Below, in pieces: positions 26,984 through 36,048 of a stretch of DNA of 47,452 nucleotides. A program made the position numbers and the translations under genes. The notes under the pieces are model-generated. The model was not told where the DNA came from. It saw only the letters and a list, made by a program, of their open reading frames with translations, and searched no databases. Every line of letters begins with the position of its first letter. Positions within the stretch are counted from its first letter, which is position 1. The DNA is from an uncultured Clostridia bacterium (lineage in GTDB: Bacteria; Bacillota; Clostridia; Christensenellales; Borkfalkiaceae). The stretch is from positions 1 through 47,452 of the forward strand of contig CAJGCK010000001.1 in the NCBI GenBank assembly GCA_904501795.1, given 5' to 3'.

Positions 26984-27353
26984 AATTTTTATTTATATTT
27001 TTAAATACGCTTTCAAATTTATCTATTAATTTATCAATAGGCTGATCGTTTACCGACAGAATTTTATATTCGTTTTTATGATTAATTAAAAATGCGCAAG
27101 GTTTAACTGAAACGATTGAACCGTTGCCCGCAGAAAAAGGTAGTTGCTCGTTCTTTGAAAACAAGTTTGTTTTTCCGTATTCGCCACCGCCACCCAAAAC
27201 TGCAAAAGACACTTTTGAAACTGTAAAAATTGTATCTCCGTTTGGCATATCTACGGGTTTACTAAAAACAACGTCGCTTTCTAATACTTCGCCTAAAGTT
27301 TTTATTGCGTTTTGAACTACCATATTTATTTTATTTTCATTTTTATCTTTCAT
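26973..27353 (-). CDS. ytfJ: Sporulation protein YtfJ
   Basis: 126 aa. The segments PNGDTIFTVSKVSFAVLGGGGEYG and FSAGNGSIVSVKP match the YtfJ family as I remember it. It is paired with a ytfI-like gene. Confidence 0.8.
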   Translation of the reverse strand: MKDKNENKINMVVQNAIKTLGEVLESDVVFSKPVDMPNGDTIFTVSKVSFAVLGGGGEYGKTNLFSKNEQLPFSAGNGSIVSVKPCAFLINHKNEYKILSVNDQPIDKLIDKFESVFKNINKNYEN

Positions 27354-27927
27354 TTATAATTTTCCTTACTAAAAGTTTTAATAACGTTATTATTACTGTC
27401 AAAATATTAAATACTACAACAATTTCTAGAACAAAATTAAAATCTTGCCCACATAAGATAAAGTCAGCATTATTATGAATTTTTAAGTATGATTTTCTAT
27501 TTAATAAATGCCTTTTTAACATTACGTTTGCGTAATTTAAGACAAACGAGTAGGTTGCTAAATTAATTGATAACTCTTTTATAGGGATTTCCGCCCAAGT
27601 CTTAACTTTTAAAACGTTATATTCTTTCATCAAATCTATATCGTCGTTTTTTATTCTAATTGAATTATAATTTATAAGAAGCGCCTTTTTATTTGAATAA
27701 TGTAAAAACAGTCCGCTTCTATCTCCTTCTATATAACCACTAAATGTTTTTATTTTAGAATATAAATAAGCGCCGAACAACGCTTTTTTTATACTTCCTA
27801 TATAACCGACTTTAAGATTTATAAATATAGGAAATATTAAAATTAGATAAAATAAAACAGCGAATAAAAGCACAATCTTAATATCTGCAATCGCTGTTTT
27901 TTTATACAAAAAAAGCGTGTAAAACAC
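27343..27927 (-). CDS. ytfI: YtfI-like (DUF2953-type) sporulation membrane protein
   Basis: 194 aa with an N-terminal TM, located upstream of ytfJ. The start is uncertain: GTG 27927 lies inside a hairpin, and TTG 27909 is an alternative. Confidence 0.5.
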   Translation of the reverse strand: MFYTLFLYKKTAIADIKIVLLFAVLFYLILIFPIFINLKVGYIGSIKKALFGAYLYSKIKTFSGYIEGDRSGLFLHYSNKKALLINYNSIRIKNDDIDLMKEYNVLKVKTWAEIPIKELSINLATYSFVLNYANVMLKRHLLNRKSYLKIHNNADFILCGQDFNFVLEIVVVFNILTVIITLLKLLVRKIINER

Positions 27928-27934
27928 GCTTTTT
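27908..27934 (-). terminator. Terminator-like hairpin directly after the scpB stop
   Basis: AAAAGCGTG, TAAAA loop, CACGCTTTT with flanking A and T runs. It begins 2 nt after the scpB stop codon (27936-27938) and covers the annotated ytfI start. Confidence 0.4.
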
Positions 27935-27935
27935 C

Positions 27936-28661
27936 CTATATCTTATCTACTTCTTCGCCCTGTAAAAAATCGGGAATTTCTTCTTCTGAAATATCGGGCA
28001 AATCAAAATCTTCGTTATAGTTTTTGGTTCCATTTTCATTTGACGTAACTGCAACACCTTCATCCAATATTGATTCACCCTGATAAACTTCTTTAGAGTA
28101 TAAATAATCGTCTGCTTTATCGTTGCCATGTATAAGCTGAATTTTTGTAAGCAACTCTTCGTAATCAGGCAATTCATCAAGAGAAGAAATTTGAAAGCGT
28201 TTCAAAAATTCATCAGTCGTACCGAACAAAACGGGTTTACCTACGGCGTCTTTTCTACCAACGGGCTCTATCATGTTGAGTTCTAACAATTTTTGAACCA
28301 CATATTCACTATTAACGCCTCTAATGTCTTCTAAATCTATTCTCGTGACCGGTTGTTTATAAGCAATAATAGCGGCAACTTCAAGCATGCTTCGTGACAA
28401 TTCACGCTCTTTAATCGGGTTTAGAACGCTTGAAACTTCATTAGCATATTTGGGGTTTGAACAAAACTGAATTTTTTTATTAAACATAAGCAAATGTATG
28501 CCGTTATCCCCTGAATATTTTTCCTGAAGTTCTTTAACGCATTTTAATATTTCTTTTTCTTCTACTTGCAATTTTTCGGCAATATCTTTAATAGCAACTT
28601 GCGTGCCCGAAACAAAAACTAGCGCCTCAATTATATTCGTCAATTTCTCCAATGTCTTCAC
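27936..28661 (-). CDS. scpB: Segregation and condensation protein B
   Basis: 241 aa with NIIEALVFVSG, the tandem wHTH pattern and an acidic tail. The ORF-track start is GTG 28661. TTG 28652 has better SD spacing (AGGAG 28665-28661, 8 nt). Confidence 0.9.
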   Translation of the reverse strand: MKTLEKLTNIIEALVFVSGTQVAIKDIAEKLQVEEKEILKCVKELQEKYSGDNGIHLLMFNKKIQFCSNPKYANEVSSVLNPIKERELSRSMLEVAAIIAYKQPVTRIDLEDIRGVNSEYVVQKLLELNMIEPVGRKDAVGKPVLFGTTDEFLKRFQISSLDELPDYEELLTKIQLIHGNDKADDYLYSKEVYQGESILDEGVAVTSNENGTKNYNEDFDLPDISEEEIPDFLQGEEVDKI

Positions 28662-29397
28662 TCCTATCGTCTCTTAAAATTAGTGTTATATCATCAAATA
28701 CACCCGCTTGATCAACGGATATATATTGAAGTTTAAGCAATTCAAGCATTGCTTGAAATGTTGTTATCAATTCATTCTTCGTATAATAATGCGGGAACAT
28801 TTCAAAAAAACTTATAGTTTTTCTTTCTAACAAAGTTTCCCTAATTTGCATAACTTTATCTTTGACTGAAAATACTTCTTTAGGAATTTCTTTAAGTACG
28901 TTTTCTTGGCGTTTTTTATCGTCAACACGCATTAATAATTTTGAAAAAGCGTCTATTAGTCCTTGAAGATTAAATTGATTATAAACAATTTTAACGTCAC
29001 CCACGTTTTTATCGGGTGTTTTATAAAACCTATCGGTATTTTCTTGTTCTTTTAGTTTCTCGCTAGCTTCCTTAAATATTTTATACTCTTCAATTTGACG
29101 AATTAAAGCTTGTTCCGGATCTTCAAAATCTTCAAGTATCACTTCTTCTTTGGGAAGAATAGATTTAGATTTTATCTCCAAAAGCGTTGCCGCCATTGTT
29201 AAATACTCACTTGCTTTATCAACGTCAAGCACCGAAACGTTTTCCATATATCTTAAAAACTGTTCGGTAACTTGAGAAACAAACACGTCTTTAATCTCAA
29301 TTTTCGCTTCTTTGATTAAATGTAATAATAAATCTAACGGGCCCTCGAAATTTTCGAGTTTAGTTGAATAATCAACAACCGATTCGAACTCAGACAT
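28627..29397 (-). CDS. scpA: Segregation and condensation protein A
   Basis: Carries FEGPLDLLLHLI, the signature of ScpA. I prefer ATG 29397 (TAATG overlap with the upstream stop) over the ORF-track TTG 29415. Confidence 0.9.
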   Translation of the reverse strand: MSEFESVVDYSTKLENFEGPLDLLLHLIKEAKIEIKDVFVSQVTEQFLRYMENVSVLDVDKASEYLTMAATLLEIKSKSILPKEEVILEDFEDPEQALIRQIEEYKIFKEASEKLKEQENTDRFYKTPDKNVGDVKIVYNQFNLQGLIDAFSKLLMRVDDKKRQENVLKEIPKEVFSVKDKVMQIRETLLERKTISFFEMFPHYYTKNELITTFQAMLELLKLQYISVDQAGVFDDITLILRDDRSEDIGEIDEYN

Positions 29398-30062
29398 TAA
29401 AAAATTAACCCCCAAAAATTAACGATAGGTATAGAAATATGATCGTAGAAAAAGTTTAACACGAACCCTAACACGTCTAAATAATATAAATTAGTAAATT
29501 CGGCAACTAACGATAGCGCAACTAAACTAAGTAAAATTATTTGACCGTAATTTTTTAAAAAACAATAAATTTTACCCTTTTTTCTTGAAAGCGCGTCTAC
29601 TACCCTAAATCCGTCTAATGGATAAAAAGGAAGCAAGTTGAACACGAAAAAAATAATACTAAACTGAAATATTAATAAAAGTGTGCAATCTAAAACGTAA
29701 GTAAAATAACCAAATTCAGGAACGTATCTACTCGCTAACAAAAAAAGCGGAAAAACTAAAAAAGCAGTTAATATATTAGCAACAACACCCGCTACTGAAA
29801 CACAAAAACAACCTAATTTATATCTTTTGAAGTTGTTTGGATTTATTGGAACGGGTTTTGCCCAACCAAAACCGACAAGAGCAAAAGATGCAAGACCAAT
29901 TAAATCAAAGTGTGCTAAAGGATTTATTGTATATCGCTTATATAATTTAGGCGTAACGTCACCAAATCTAACGGCAACAAAAGCATGCGCAAACTCGTGT
30001 AATGGTAAAACTATCATAAGGGCTAATAGTTTACTAATAATTTCTAAAATCTTATAAATCAC
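29397..30062 (-). CDS. Site-2 protease family (peptidase M50) membrane metalloprotease
   Basis: HEFAH zinc motif and NLLPFYPLDG motif. The start is reassigned to GTG 30062 (AAGGAG 30074-30069, 6-nt spacer), because the ORF-track start at 30137 lies inside the lysA terminator hairpin and upstream of the promoter. Confidence 0.8.
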   Translation of the reverse strand: MIYKILEIISKLLALMIVLPLHEFAHAFVAVRFGDVTPKLYKRYTINPLAHFDLIGLASFALVGFGWAKPVPINPNNFKRYKLGCFCVSVAGVVANILTAFLVFPLFLLASRYVPEFGYFTYVLDCTLLLIFQFSIIFFVFNLLPFYPLDGFRVVDALSRKKGKIYCFLKNYGQIILLSLVALSLVAEFTNLYYLDVLGFVLNFFYDHISIPIVNFWGLIF

Positions 30063-30086
30063 TGCCGTCTCCTTAAAATATAATTT

Positions 30087-30115
30087 ATTATATAATAAAT
30101 TATTTAAAAATGCAA
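30087..30115 (-). promoter_or_regulatory. Sigma-A type promoter of the M50-scpA-scpB unit
   Basis: On the minus strand: TTGCAT (30115-30110), a 17-nt spacer, then TATAAT (30092-30087). Confidence 0.6.
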
Positions 30116-30150
30116 GAAAAAAGGCACTTTTTAACAAAGTGCCTTTTTAA
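30116..30150 (-). terminator. Intrinsic terminator of lysA
   Basis: GGCACTTT, 5-nt loop, AAAGTGCC, followed by TTTTTT on the minus strand. It starts about 10 nt after the lysA stop. Confidence 0.75.
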
Positions 30151-30160
30151 ATAACTTAAA

Positions 30161-31465
30161 CTAAACGTCGTTTCTTAATAAATCTTCTAAAGTTTGCGGT
30201 TTAACAGCATAATAAGACTTGCCGTTTTCAACCATAACAACGGGCGGAACTAAATTCCTATTATAGTTACTTGCCATAGAATAATTATAAGCGCCGGTTG
30301 AAAAAGTTGCCACGATATCACCAGATTTTACGGTTGGAAGATAACAATTTTCAGCAATAATATCGCCACTTTCACAACATTTACCAGAAACGGTATAATA
30401 TTTTTCGGGTTTATCTAGCATTCTGTTAGCAATTTTAACCGTATATTTTGCCGAATATAATGCAAATCTAGGATTATCAAACATTCCACCGTCTACCGAA
30501 AGATAATTTTTTACTTTAGGAATAGTTTTAATGTTACCCACTGTATAAAGTGTTACACCCGCCTCTCCCACGATAGAACGGCCGGGCTCTATTACTAAAT
30601 AAGGTTTTTTTATCCCTTTTTTAATCACGCAATCGTTCAACTTTTTAGCAATAGTTTTAATATATTCGGCATAATCGGTAACGCTTAACTTTTCATCTTC
30701 ATCAGTATAGTAAACCCCAAATCCTCCGCCTAAATTTAATACTTCAAACTCATAGTTTAAAACGTTTTTAATCTTTAAATAAAAATCGGTCATTTTTTCA
30801 ACAGCTAATTCAAACGATTTCTTTTCAAAAATTTGAGAGCCTATATGACAGTGCAAGCCTTTTAGTTTTAAATTCTTTTTGTTTAGCGCGTACTTAACCA
30901 TTTCTAAAGCTTCTAAATTAGATATGGAAAAACCAAACTTCGAATCTATTTTAGCCGTTTGTATATAGTGATGAGTGTGCGCTTCAATACCTGGATTTGT
31001 TCTAATAAGAACGTTTTGGGTTTTATTATATTTTTCGCAAATATCGTTTAATATATCGGCTTCTTGATATGCGTCTAAAACTATAGTGCCTACGTTGTTT
31101 TTTACTGCTAAATCAAGCTCGAAAAAAGATTTGTTGTTTCCATGAAAATATATCTTTTCTGCAGGAAAACCAACGCTTAATGCAGTATAAAGTTCACCAG
31201 CCGATACGACGTCTATAGACATAGAACTATCTTTCATAATACGGTAAATTTCTTTACAACTAAATGCTTTAGAAGCATATGCTACCGCACCGTCACCATA
31301 AAAATCTTTAATCGTATTAACATAAACGTTACAAATAGATTTTATATACGCTTTATCCATAACGTAAAGGGGCGTTTGATACTGTTTAACTAACGATACC
31401 GCATCTACGCCACCTATTTCTAAAACGCCGTTACTATTAATTTTAAGTGTTTCTCTTTCGTTCAT
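30161..31465 (-). CDS. lysA: Diaminopimelate decarboxylase
   Basis: 434 aa. Alanine-racemase-fold PLP decarboxylase with the AYASKAF lysine region, GGGFG and CESGD motifs. Confidence 0.92.
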   Translation of the reverse strand: MNERETLKINSNGVLEIGGVDAVSLVKQYQTPLYVMDKAYIKSICNVYVNTIKDFYGDGAVAYASKAFSCKEIYRIMKDSSMSIDVVSAGELYTALSVGFPAEKIYFHGNNKSFFELDLAVKNNVGTIVLDAYQEADILNDICEKYNKTQNVLIRTNPGIEAHTHHYIQTAKIDSKFGFSISNLEALEMVKYALNKKNLKLKGLHCHIGSQIFEKKSFELAVEKMTDFYLKIKNVLNYEFEVLNLGGGFGVYYTDEDEKLSVTDYAEYIKTIAKKLNDCVIKKGIKKPYLVIEPGRSIVGEAGVTLYTVGNIKTIPKVKNYLSVDGGMFDNPRFALYSAKYTVKIANRMLDKPEKYYTVSGKCCESGDIIAENCYLPTVKSGDIVATFSTGAYNYSMASNYNRNLVPPVVMVENGKSYYAVKPQTLEDLLRNDV

Positions 31466-31490
31466 AATGACCTACAAAAGTTTTTCTTAT

Positions 31491-31519
31491 ATTTTAACTT
31501 TTTTTTTACTTGTTGTCAA
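31491..31519 (-). promoter_or_regulatory. Sigma-A type promoter of lysA
   Basis: On the minus strand: TTGACA (31519-31514), a 17-nt spacer, then TAAAAT (31496-31491). Confidence 0.6.
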
Positions 31520-31568
31520 TTATTAATTATAAAAGAATACTTTTACCGTATATAATAAAACGTTATAA

Positions 31569-32753
31569 TTAAATAAGCGCCCAATTATCGAATATTTTTT
31601 TAGTGTAATCAAAATAGTTTGCGCGAGCAACGTCTTCTAAAGATACGACGTTTACGCTACCAATTTCTATTGAGTTTTCAAATACTGAAATTTTTCCAAC
31701 AACGTCACCAGCTTTGATAGGCGCTTTTATATCTAAATCAGGATAAAATTCAACGTCAAAAGCTCTTTTTTCGTTGTTTTTTAATAAAATCGAGTAGTTA
31801 TCGCTTGGAATACATTGTATAAAATTAGACTTACCATTTTCTATTTTTAACGGAATTGGCAAAGGTTTATCTTTTGATACTAAAATTTTACACAAAAAAT
31901 TATTAAAACCGTAGTTAAATAATGCGCTTGACTCGGCAAATCGAGTTTTACTATCGGGTGAATTGATAACAACTGAGATTAATCTCATACCCTTTCTTGT
32001 TGCAGAAGCGCACAAACAATGCCCCGCTTCTTTGGTATACCCCGTTTTGCCACTATCACAACCGTCATAATATCTAATTAGCTTATTAGTGTTAGATATT
32101 TCGGTATATCTACCTTTAGGATGATTAATTTTATCAAGCCAAATATTTGAAAAATTAAAATATTCTTCATGTTCTATTAATTTTGAAAACATAGTTGCAA
32201 CGTCTTTAGCAGTTGAATATTGACCAGGTTTTGGTAATCCCGTACAATTACTAAAAATTGTGTTTTCCATGCCTAAATCTTTAGCTTTTTCGTTCATTTT
32301 GCAAACAAATTCCTCTTCTGTCCCTGAAATTTTTTCCGCCATAGCAACACAAGCATCGTTTGCAGACGCAATTGTTATACTTTTTACTAAGTCGGCAATC
32401 AAATATTCTCCATTTTCTTCCAAAAAAACTTGAGAACCACCCATAGAAGACGCATTTTCGCTAACTATTATATTATCGTCTAAATTTATATTACCAGCCG
32501 AAACTTCATCAAATATTAATAAAAGCGTCATTATCTTACACATGCTTGCTATAGGCAACTTTTCATTTTCATTTGATTTATATAATTCTGTTTTTGAAAC
32601 GGGATCATATAAATAAACGGATTTTGATTTTGTTTCCAAATTTGATATCATTATATTATCAGCATATGCTACACCCGTTTTAACCCCAAATAGAACGCTA
32701 AACGATAAAACGAATATAAAAGTAATAATTATAAATGGATTAATTTTTCGCAT
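31569..32753 (-). CDS. D-alanyl-D-alanine carboxypeptidase (PBP5/DacF family)
   Basis: S11 motifs SMCK, SANDA and KTGYT plus the C-terminal PBP5_C beta domain. The start is moved to ATG 32753 (MRKINPF..., GGAGGA 32763-32758) from the ORF-track 32789. Confidence 0.8.
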   Translation of the reverse strand: MRKINPFIIITFIFVLSFSVLFGVKTGVAYADNIMISNLETKSKSVYLYDPVSKTELYKSNENEKLPIASMCKIMTLLLIFDEVSAGNINLDDNIIVSENASSMGGSQVFLEENGEYLIADLVKSITIASANDACVAMAEKISGTEEEFVCKMNEKAKDLGMENTIFSNCTGLPKPGQYSTAKDVATMFSKLIEHEEYFNFSNIWLDKINHPKGRYTEISNTNKLIRYYDGCDSGKTGYTKEAGHCLCASATRKGMRLISVVINSPDSKTRFAESSALFNYGFNNFLCKILVSKDKPLPIPLKIENGKSNFIQCIPSDNYSILLKNNEKRAFDVEFYPDLDIKAPIKAGDVVGKISVFENSIEIGSVNVVSLEDVARANYFDYTKKIFDNWALI

Positions 32754-32787
32754 AATTTCCTCCTTAAAATATTTTAGGTAAAAATAC

Positions 32788-32826
32788 AAAAATTATGCAT
32801 TATGTGTGACATAATGCATAATTTTT
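32788..32826 (-). terminator. Long AT-rich hairpin after spoIVB (probable terminator)
   Basis: A 17-bp perfect stem AAAAATTATGCATTATG / CATAATGCATAATTTTT with a 5-nt loop, lying between the spoIVB stop (32841) and the carboxypeptidase start. Confidence 0.5.
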
Positions 32827-32840
32827 TAGTTTGTATTTTT

Positions 32841-33833
32841 CTATTGATTTAACATTTTAGATATGCTTAGACCAAAGCCACGCGTCGGGTCGTTTATAAA
32901 CACGTGAGTTACAGCACCAACAAGCTTACCATCTTGCACAATCGGGCTTCCACTCATACCCTGTACAATTCCACCTGTGATATTTAATAAATTTTGATCG
33001 GTGATTTTAATAACTAAGTCTTTGCAATCGCTTTTTTTATCGTCAAACTTTATAATTGAGATAGAATATTCTTTAGGACAAACTCCGTCTATAGTAGTAA
33101 AAATACTAGCTTCACCCGGTTTAGGCTCGCCAACTTCTATTTCTTGTAAATCGTTAAAACAAAAATCATCTGTATTATACCTACCAAAAACACCTTTCCT
33201 ATTGTTTTTTTCTATTATTCCGACCTTATTTCTCTTTATAAATGCACCTTTAAGTTCACCAGGTGCACCACGTTCACCTTTTACAACACCGGTTATTGCA
33301 CAATTATATAAATAGCCCGTTTTAATAGGAATTATATTCTCATTTTCATCAACTATAGGATGCCCTAACGCACCAAATCTATTATTTTTTACATAAGTTA
33401 TTGTTCCAACACCATTTACGTTTTCTTTAATAAATACACCTATTCTATTTTTACCACCCACGTCTTTGACGGGAAGCACGTTTTTTTCTATTCTTTCACC
33501 AAAACGGTCAATTAAAACAGTTTTCTCCTTACCATCACTAAAATTTTGTTCAATATCAAAAGAAGTATTTGTCTCAATACCGTTTATGCTTAAAATAACG
33601 TCTCCTACACAAATTCCAGCCTTTTCGGCGGGAGAAACGTTGCCGTCAAGCGTCACTATATCGTAAACACCTTGGACGATCGCACCACGCGAAACCAAAG
33701 AAAAACCCGCAGGAAAACCACCTAGATAATATTTGTCGCTTTTTGCATTTACATAATTATAATTTATACTAAAAAGCCCACAAATCGCTATTAAAACAAA
33801 TACAACTAATTTTTTAACACTTTTTTTAACCAC
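32841..33833 (-). CDS. spoIVB: SpoIVB peptidase (S55 signalling protease with PDZ domain)
   Basis: 330 aa with an N-terminal TM, a PDZ-like GICVGDVILSINGIE, and the catalytic serine context GIVQGMSGSPIV. It follows recN as in Bacillus and Clostridium. GTG start with no SD. Confidence 0.88.
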   Translation of the reverse strand: MVKKSVKKLVVFVLIAICGLFSINYNYVNAKSDKYYLGGFPAGFSLVSRGAIVQGVYDIVTLDGNVSPAEKAGICVGDVILSINGIETNTSFDIEQNFSDGKEKTVLIDRFGERIEKNVLPVKDVGGKNRIGVFIKENVNGVGTITYVKNNRFGALGHPIVDENENIIPIKTGYLYNCAITGVVKGERGAPGELKGAFIKRNKVGIIEKNNRKGVFGRYNTDDFCFNDLQEIEVGEPKPGEASIFTTIDGVCPKEYSISIIKFDDKKSDCKDLVIKITDQNLLNITGGIVQGMSGSPIVQDGKLVGAVTHVFINDPTRGFGLSISKMLNQ

Positions 33834-33882
33834 AAATTTTAGAATACGTAAAATTATTTTTTTTATACAAAAAAGCCAAACA

Positions 33883-35595
33883 CTAGGTTTGACTTTTTAT
33901 TGATTTTTTATATTCTAATGCGTTATTAATAAGTTCTTTAGCGTGCATGATAGAAGTATTACTTTTAACATCCCCACCTGAAAGCCTTACTATTTCATTA
34001 ACTTTTTCATCATCAGTAAGAATTGAAACGATTGTTTTAGTTTTACCATTTTCATCTACCTTTTCGATCAAAACATTATTATCCGCCATAGAAGAAATTT
34101 GTGGTAAATGTGTTATTGCGATAATTTGACGTTCTAGTGAAAGATTATAAAATTTTTGAGCCATGTTTTTTGCAACAACTCCACTTATCCCCGCATCGAT
34201 TTCATCAAAAACAAAGGTTGATATATTATTATGCTTAGCCGTAAGGGTCTTAATCGCAAGCATAAACCTACTCATTTCCCCACCACTTATTACTTCTGAT
34301 AATTTTTTAAGTGGCTCACCTGCGTTTGCAGAGAACTCAAAATCAATTTCATCAAAACCATTTGAAGAAGAAAACTTGCATTCATCAAAACTAGGCTCTT
34401 CCGTAAAAGAAATCTTAAATTCGGCATTAGAAATACTTAATTCTTTTAACGTAGTTATAACGTGCTTACTAAACTCTAAAGCAGTATCCTTTCTTGCGTC
34501 GCTCAATTGCTTATAGATAGAATAAACGTCTTTTTTGCAGTCTAAAATATCTTTATTTATTTTCTCTATGCAATCTTGATAATTTAATAGTTTATCCCTT
34601 TCAATAACAGCGTTATCTAAAAAAGAAAAAACTTCTTCAATAGTATCCCCGTATTTTCTTTTTAATTTTTTAATTAAATCTAAACGCTCTTCAACGTATT
34701 CAGGGTCAACGTCTGCATAATCAAAATCTTCAATACGATTTTGCGCGGTTTGTGATATATCTTCTAGCTCATATACAACCGATGAAACTCTTTCTAATAA
34801 CGAGTTATACTCTTGTGAATAGTTTGAGATATTAGAAATAGCTCTTTCCGCCCCCGACAAGACGTCCAAGGCGCAACCTTCATCAGAAATGCAAGATTTT
34901 AACGTCGATAAGGAAGATAAAATTTTCTCTTGATTATTAAGTTTTTCTTTTATTTGCGATAAATTTTCATCTTCACCGAGCTTAAGATCAGCCTTTTCAA
35001 TCTCATTGATTTGGTAATTAATTAAATCAAGCTTGTTTTCTCTTTCACTTTCAGTCCCGCCAAACTCGTTCAAAGAAGAAATTAAATCTTTTAGAGTATA
35101 AAAAGTATTTTTTAGGTTTTCCTTTATACCGTAAACGAGGTTTCCGCCTAATTTATCTAGAAGATCAAGTTGGTTAGAATTTTTAAGCAAATAAAAATGT
35201 TCGCTTTGTCCATGCACGTCTACTAAAAAGCTGGTAAATTTCCTAACCATACTTAAAGTAACGGTTTCGCCATTAATTTTTACCGTACTTTTACCATCTA
35301 AATTAAACTTTCTAGTAATCAACAAAATTTCATCATATTCTAAATCTAGCGAGTCGTAAATAGATTTAATATCTTCTCTACCCGAAACGTCAAACTCGGC
35401 GGAAACAAAACATTCATTCTCGCCGTGGCGAATCATAGACTTTTCTGCCTTAGCGCCCAAAACAAAATTAAGTGATTCTAAAATCACTGATTTTCCAGAG
35501 CCGGTTTCTCCCGATAATACGTTTAATCCTTTATTAAATTGTATTTTAACGTTGTCAATTAAAGCAACGTTTTTTATGGTTAAACAATTTAGCAT
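33883..35595 (-). CDS. recN: DNA repair protein RecN
   Basis: 570 aa. SMC-like with Walker A GETGSGKS, a long coiled coil, the signature SGGEMSR and Walker B FVFDEID. Confidence 0.95.
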   Translation of the reverse strand: MLNCLTIKNVALIDNVKIQFNKGLNVLSGETGSGKSVILESLNFVLGAKAEKSMIRHGENECFVSAEFDVSGREDIKSIYDSLDLEYDEILLITRKFNLDGKSTVKINGETVTLSMVRKFTSFLVDVHGQSEHFYLLKNSNQLDLLDKLGGNLVYGIKENLKNTFYTLKDLISSLNEFGGTESERENKLDLINYQINEIEKADLKLGEDENLSQIKEKLNNQEKILSSLSTLKSCISDEGCALDVLSGAERAISNISNYSQEYNSLLERVSSVVYELEDISQTAQNRIEDFDYADVDPEYVEERLDLIKKLKRKYGDTIEEVFSFLDNAVIERDKLLNYQDCIEKINKDILDCKKDVYSIYKQLSDARKDTALEFSKHVITTLKELSISNAEFKISFTEEPSFDECKFSSSNGFDEIDFEFSANAGEPLKKLSEVISGGEMSRFMLAIKTLTAKHNNISTFVFDEIDAGISGVVAKNMAQKFYNLSLERQIIAITHLPQISSMADNNVLIEKVDENGKTKTIVSILTDDEKVNEIVRLSGGDVKSNTSIMHAKELINNALEYKKSIKSQT

Positions 35596-36041
35596 TAAAT
35601 AGACCTTAAAATTTTTACTACAACTTCTGCATCTGAATTAGATTTTGCAACGATTAACAGTGTATCATCACCCGCAATCGTACCTAAAACTTGTGGTAGA
35701 TGCATAGCGTCGATTACCATACCAACCGTATTAGCGTTTCCACTTAAAGTTTTTACAACAATAAGATTGTTTGCCGAAGAAATCGACAAAGTAACTTGAC
35801 GATATAACGACAAAATGTTTTCAGAAATATTATTTTTTGCGGTAGGTGCCTTAATATACTTAAACTTTTTGCTATTACCCGTTGACTTAATAACGTTTAA
35901 TTCCGCCATATCTCTAGATACGGTTGCTTGCGAAACGTTAAAACCTTCATTTATTAAACGTTCAGTTAATTCTTCTTGCGTATCTATTTCAAAATTCTCT
36001 AATAAATATAAAATTTTTTCTAATCTTTGTTTTTTTGACAT
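35595..36041 (-). CDS. argR: Arginine repressor
   Basis: 148 aa with an N-terminal wHTH (SQATVSRDM) and the C-terminal GTIAGDDT arginine-binding motif. Its stop overlaps the recN ATG (TAATG). Confidence 0.9.
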   Translation of the reverse strand: MSKKQRLEKILYLLENFEIDTQEELTERLINEGFNVSQATVSRDMAELNVIKSTGNSKKFKYIKAPTAKNNISENILSLYRQVTLSISSANNLIVVKTLSGNANTVGMVIDAMHLPQVLGTIAGDDTLLIVAKSNSDAEVVVKILRSI

Positions 36042-36048
36042 ATAACAC

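Noticed and set aside
26434-27029. Two plus-strand ORFs (99 and 109 aa)
   Set aside because: They are antisense to dacB and the ytfJ end, and are shadow ORFs.
31466-31568. Lysine riboswitch (L-box) upstream of lysA
   Set aside because: The intergenic region is only about 100 nt and is mostly occupied by a TTGACA-17-TAAAAT promoter. There is no room for an L-box of about 180 nt and no conserved helices.
33001-34516. Plus-strand ORFs of 104, 66, 60 and 117 aa
   Set aside because: They are antisense within spoIVB and recN, are Ser/Leu/Ile-rich, and are shadow ORFs.
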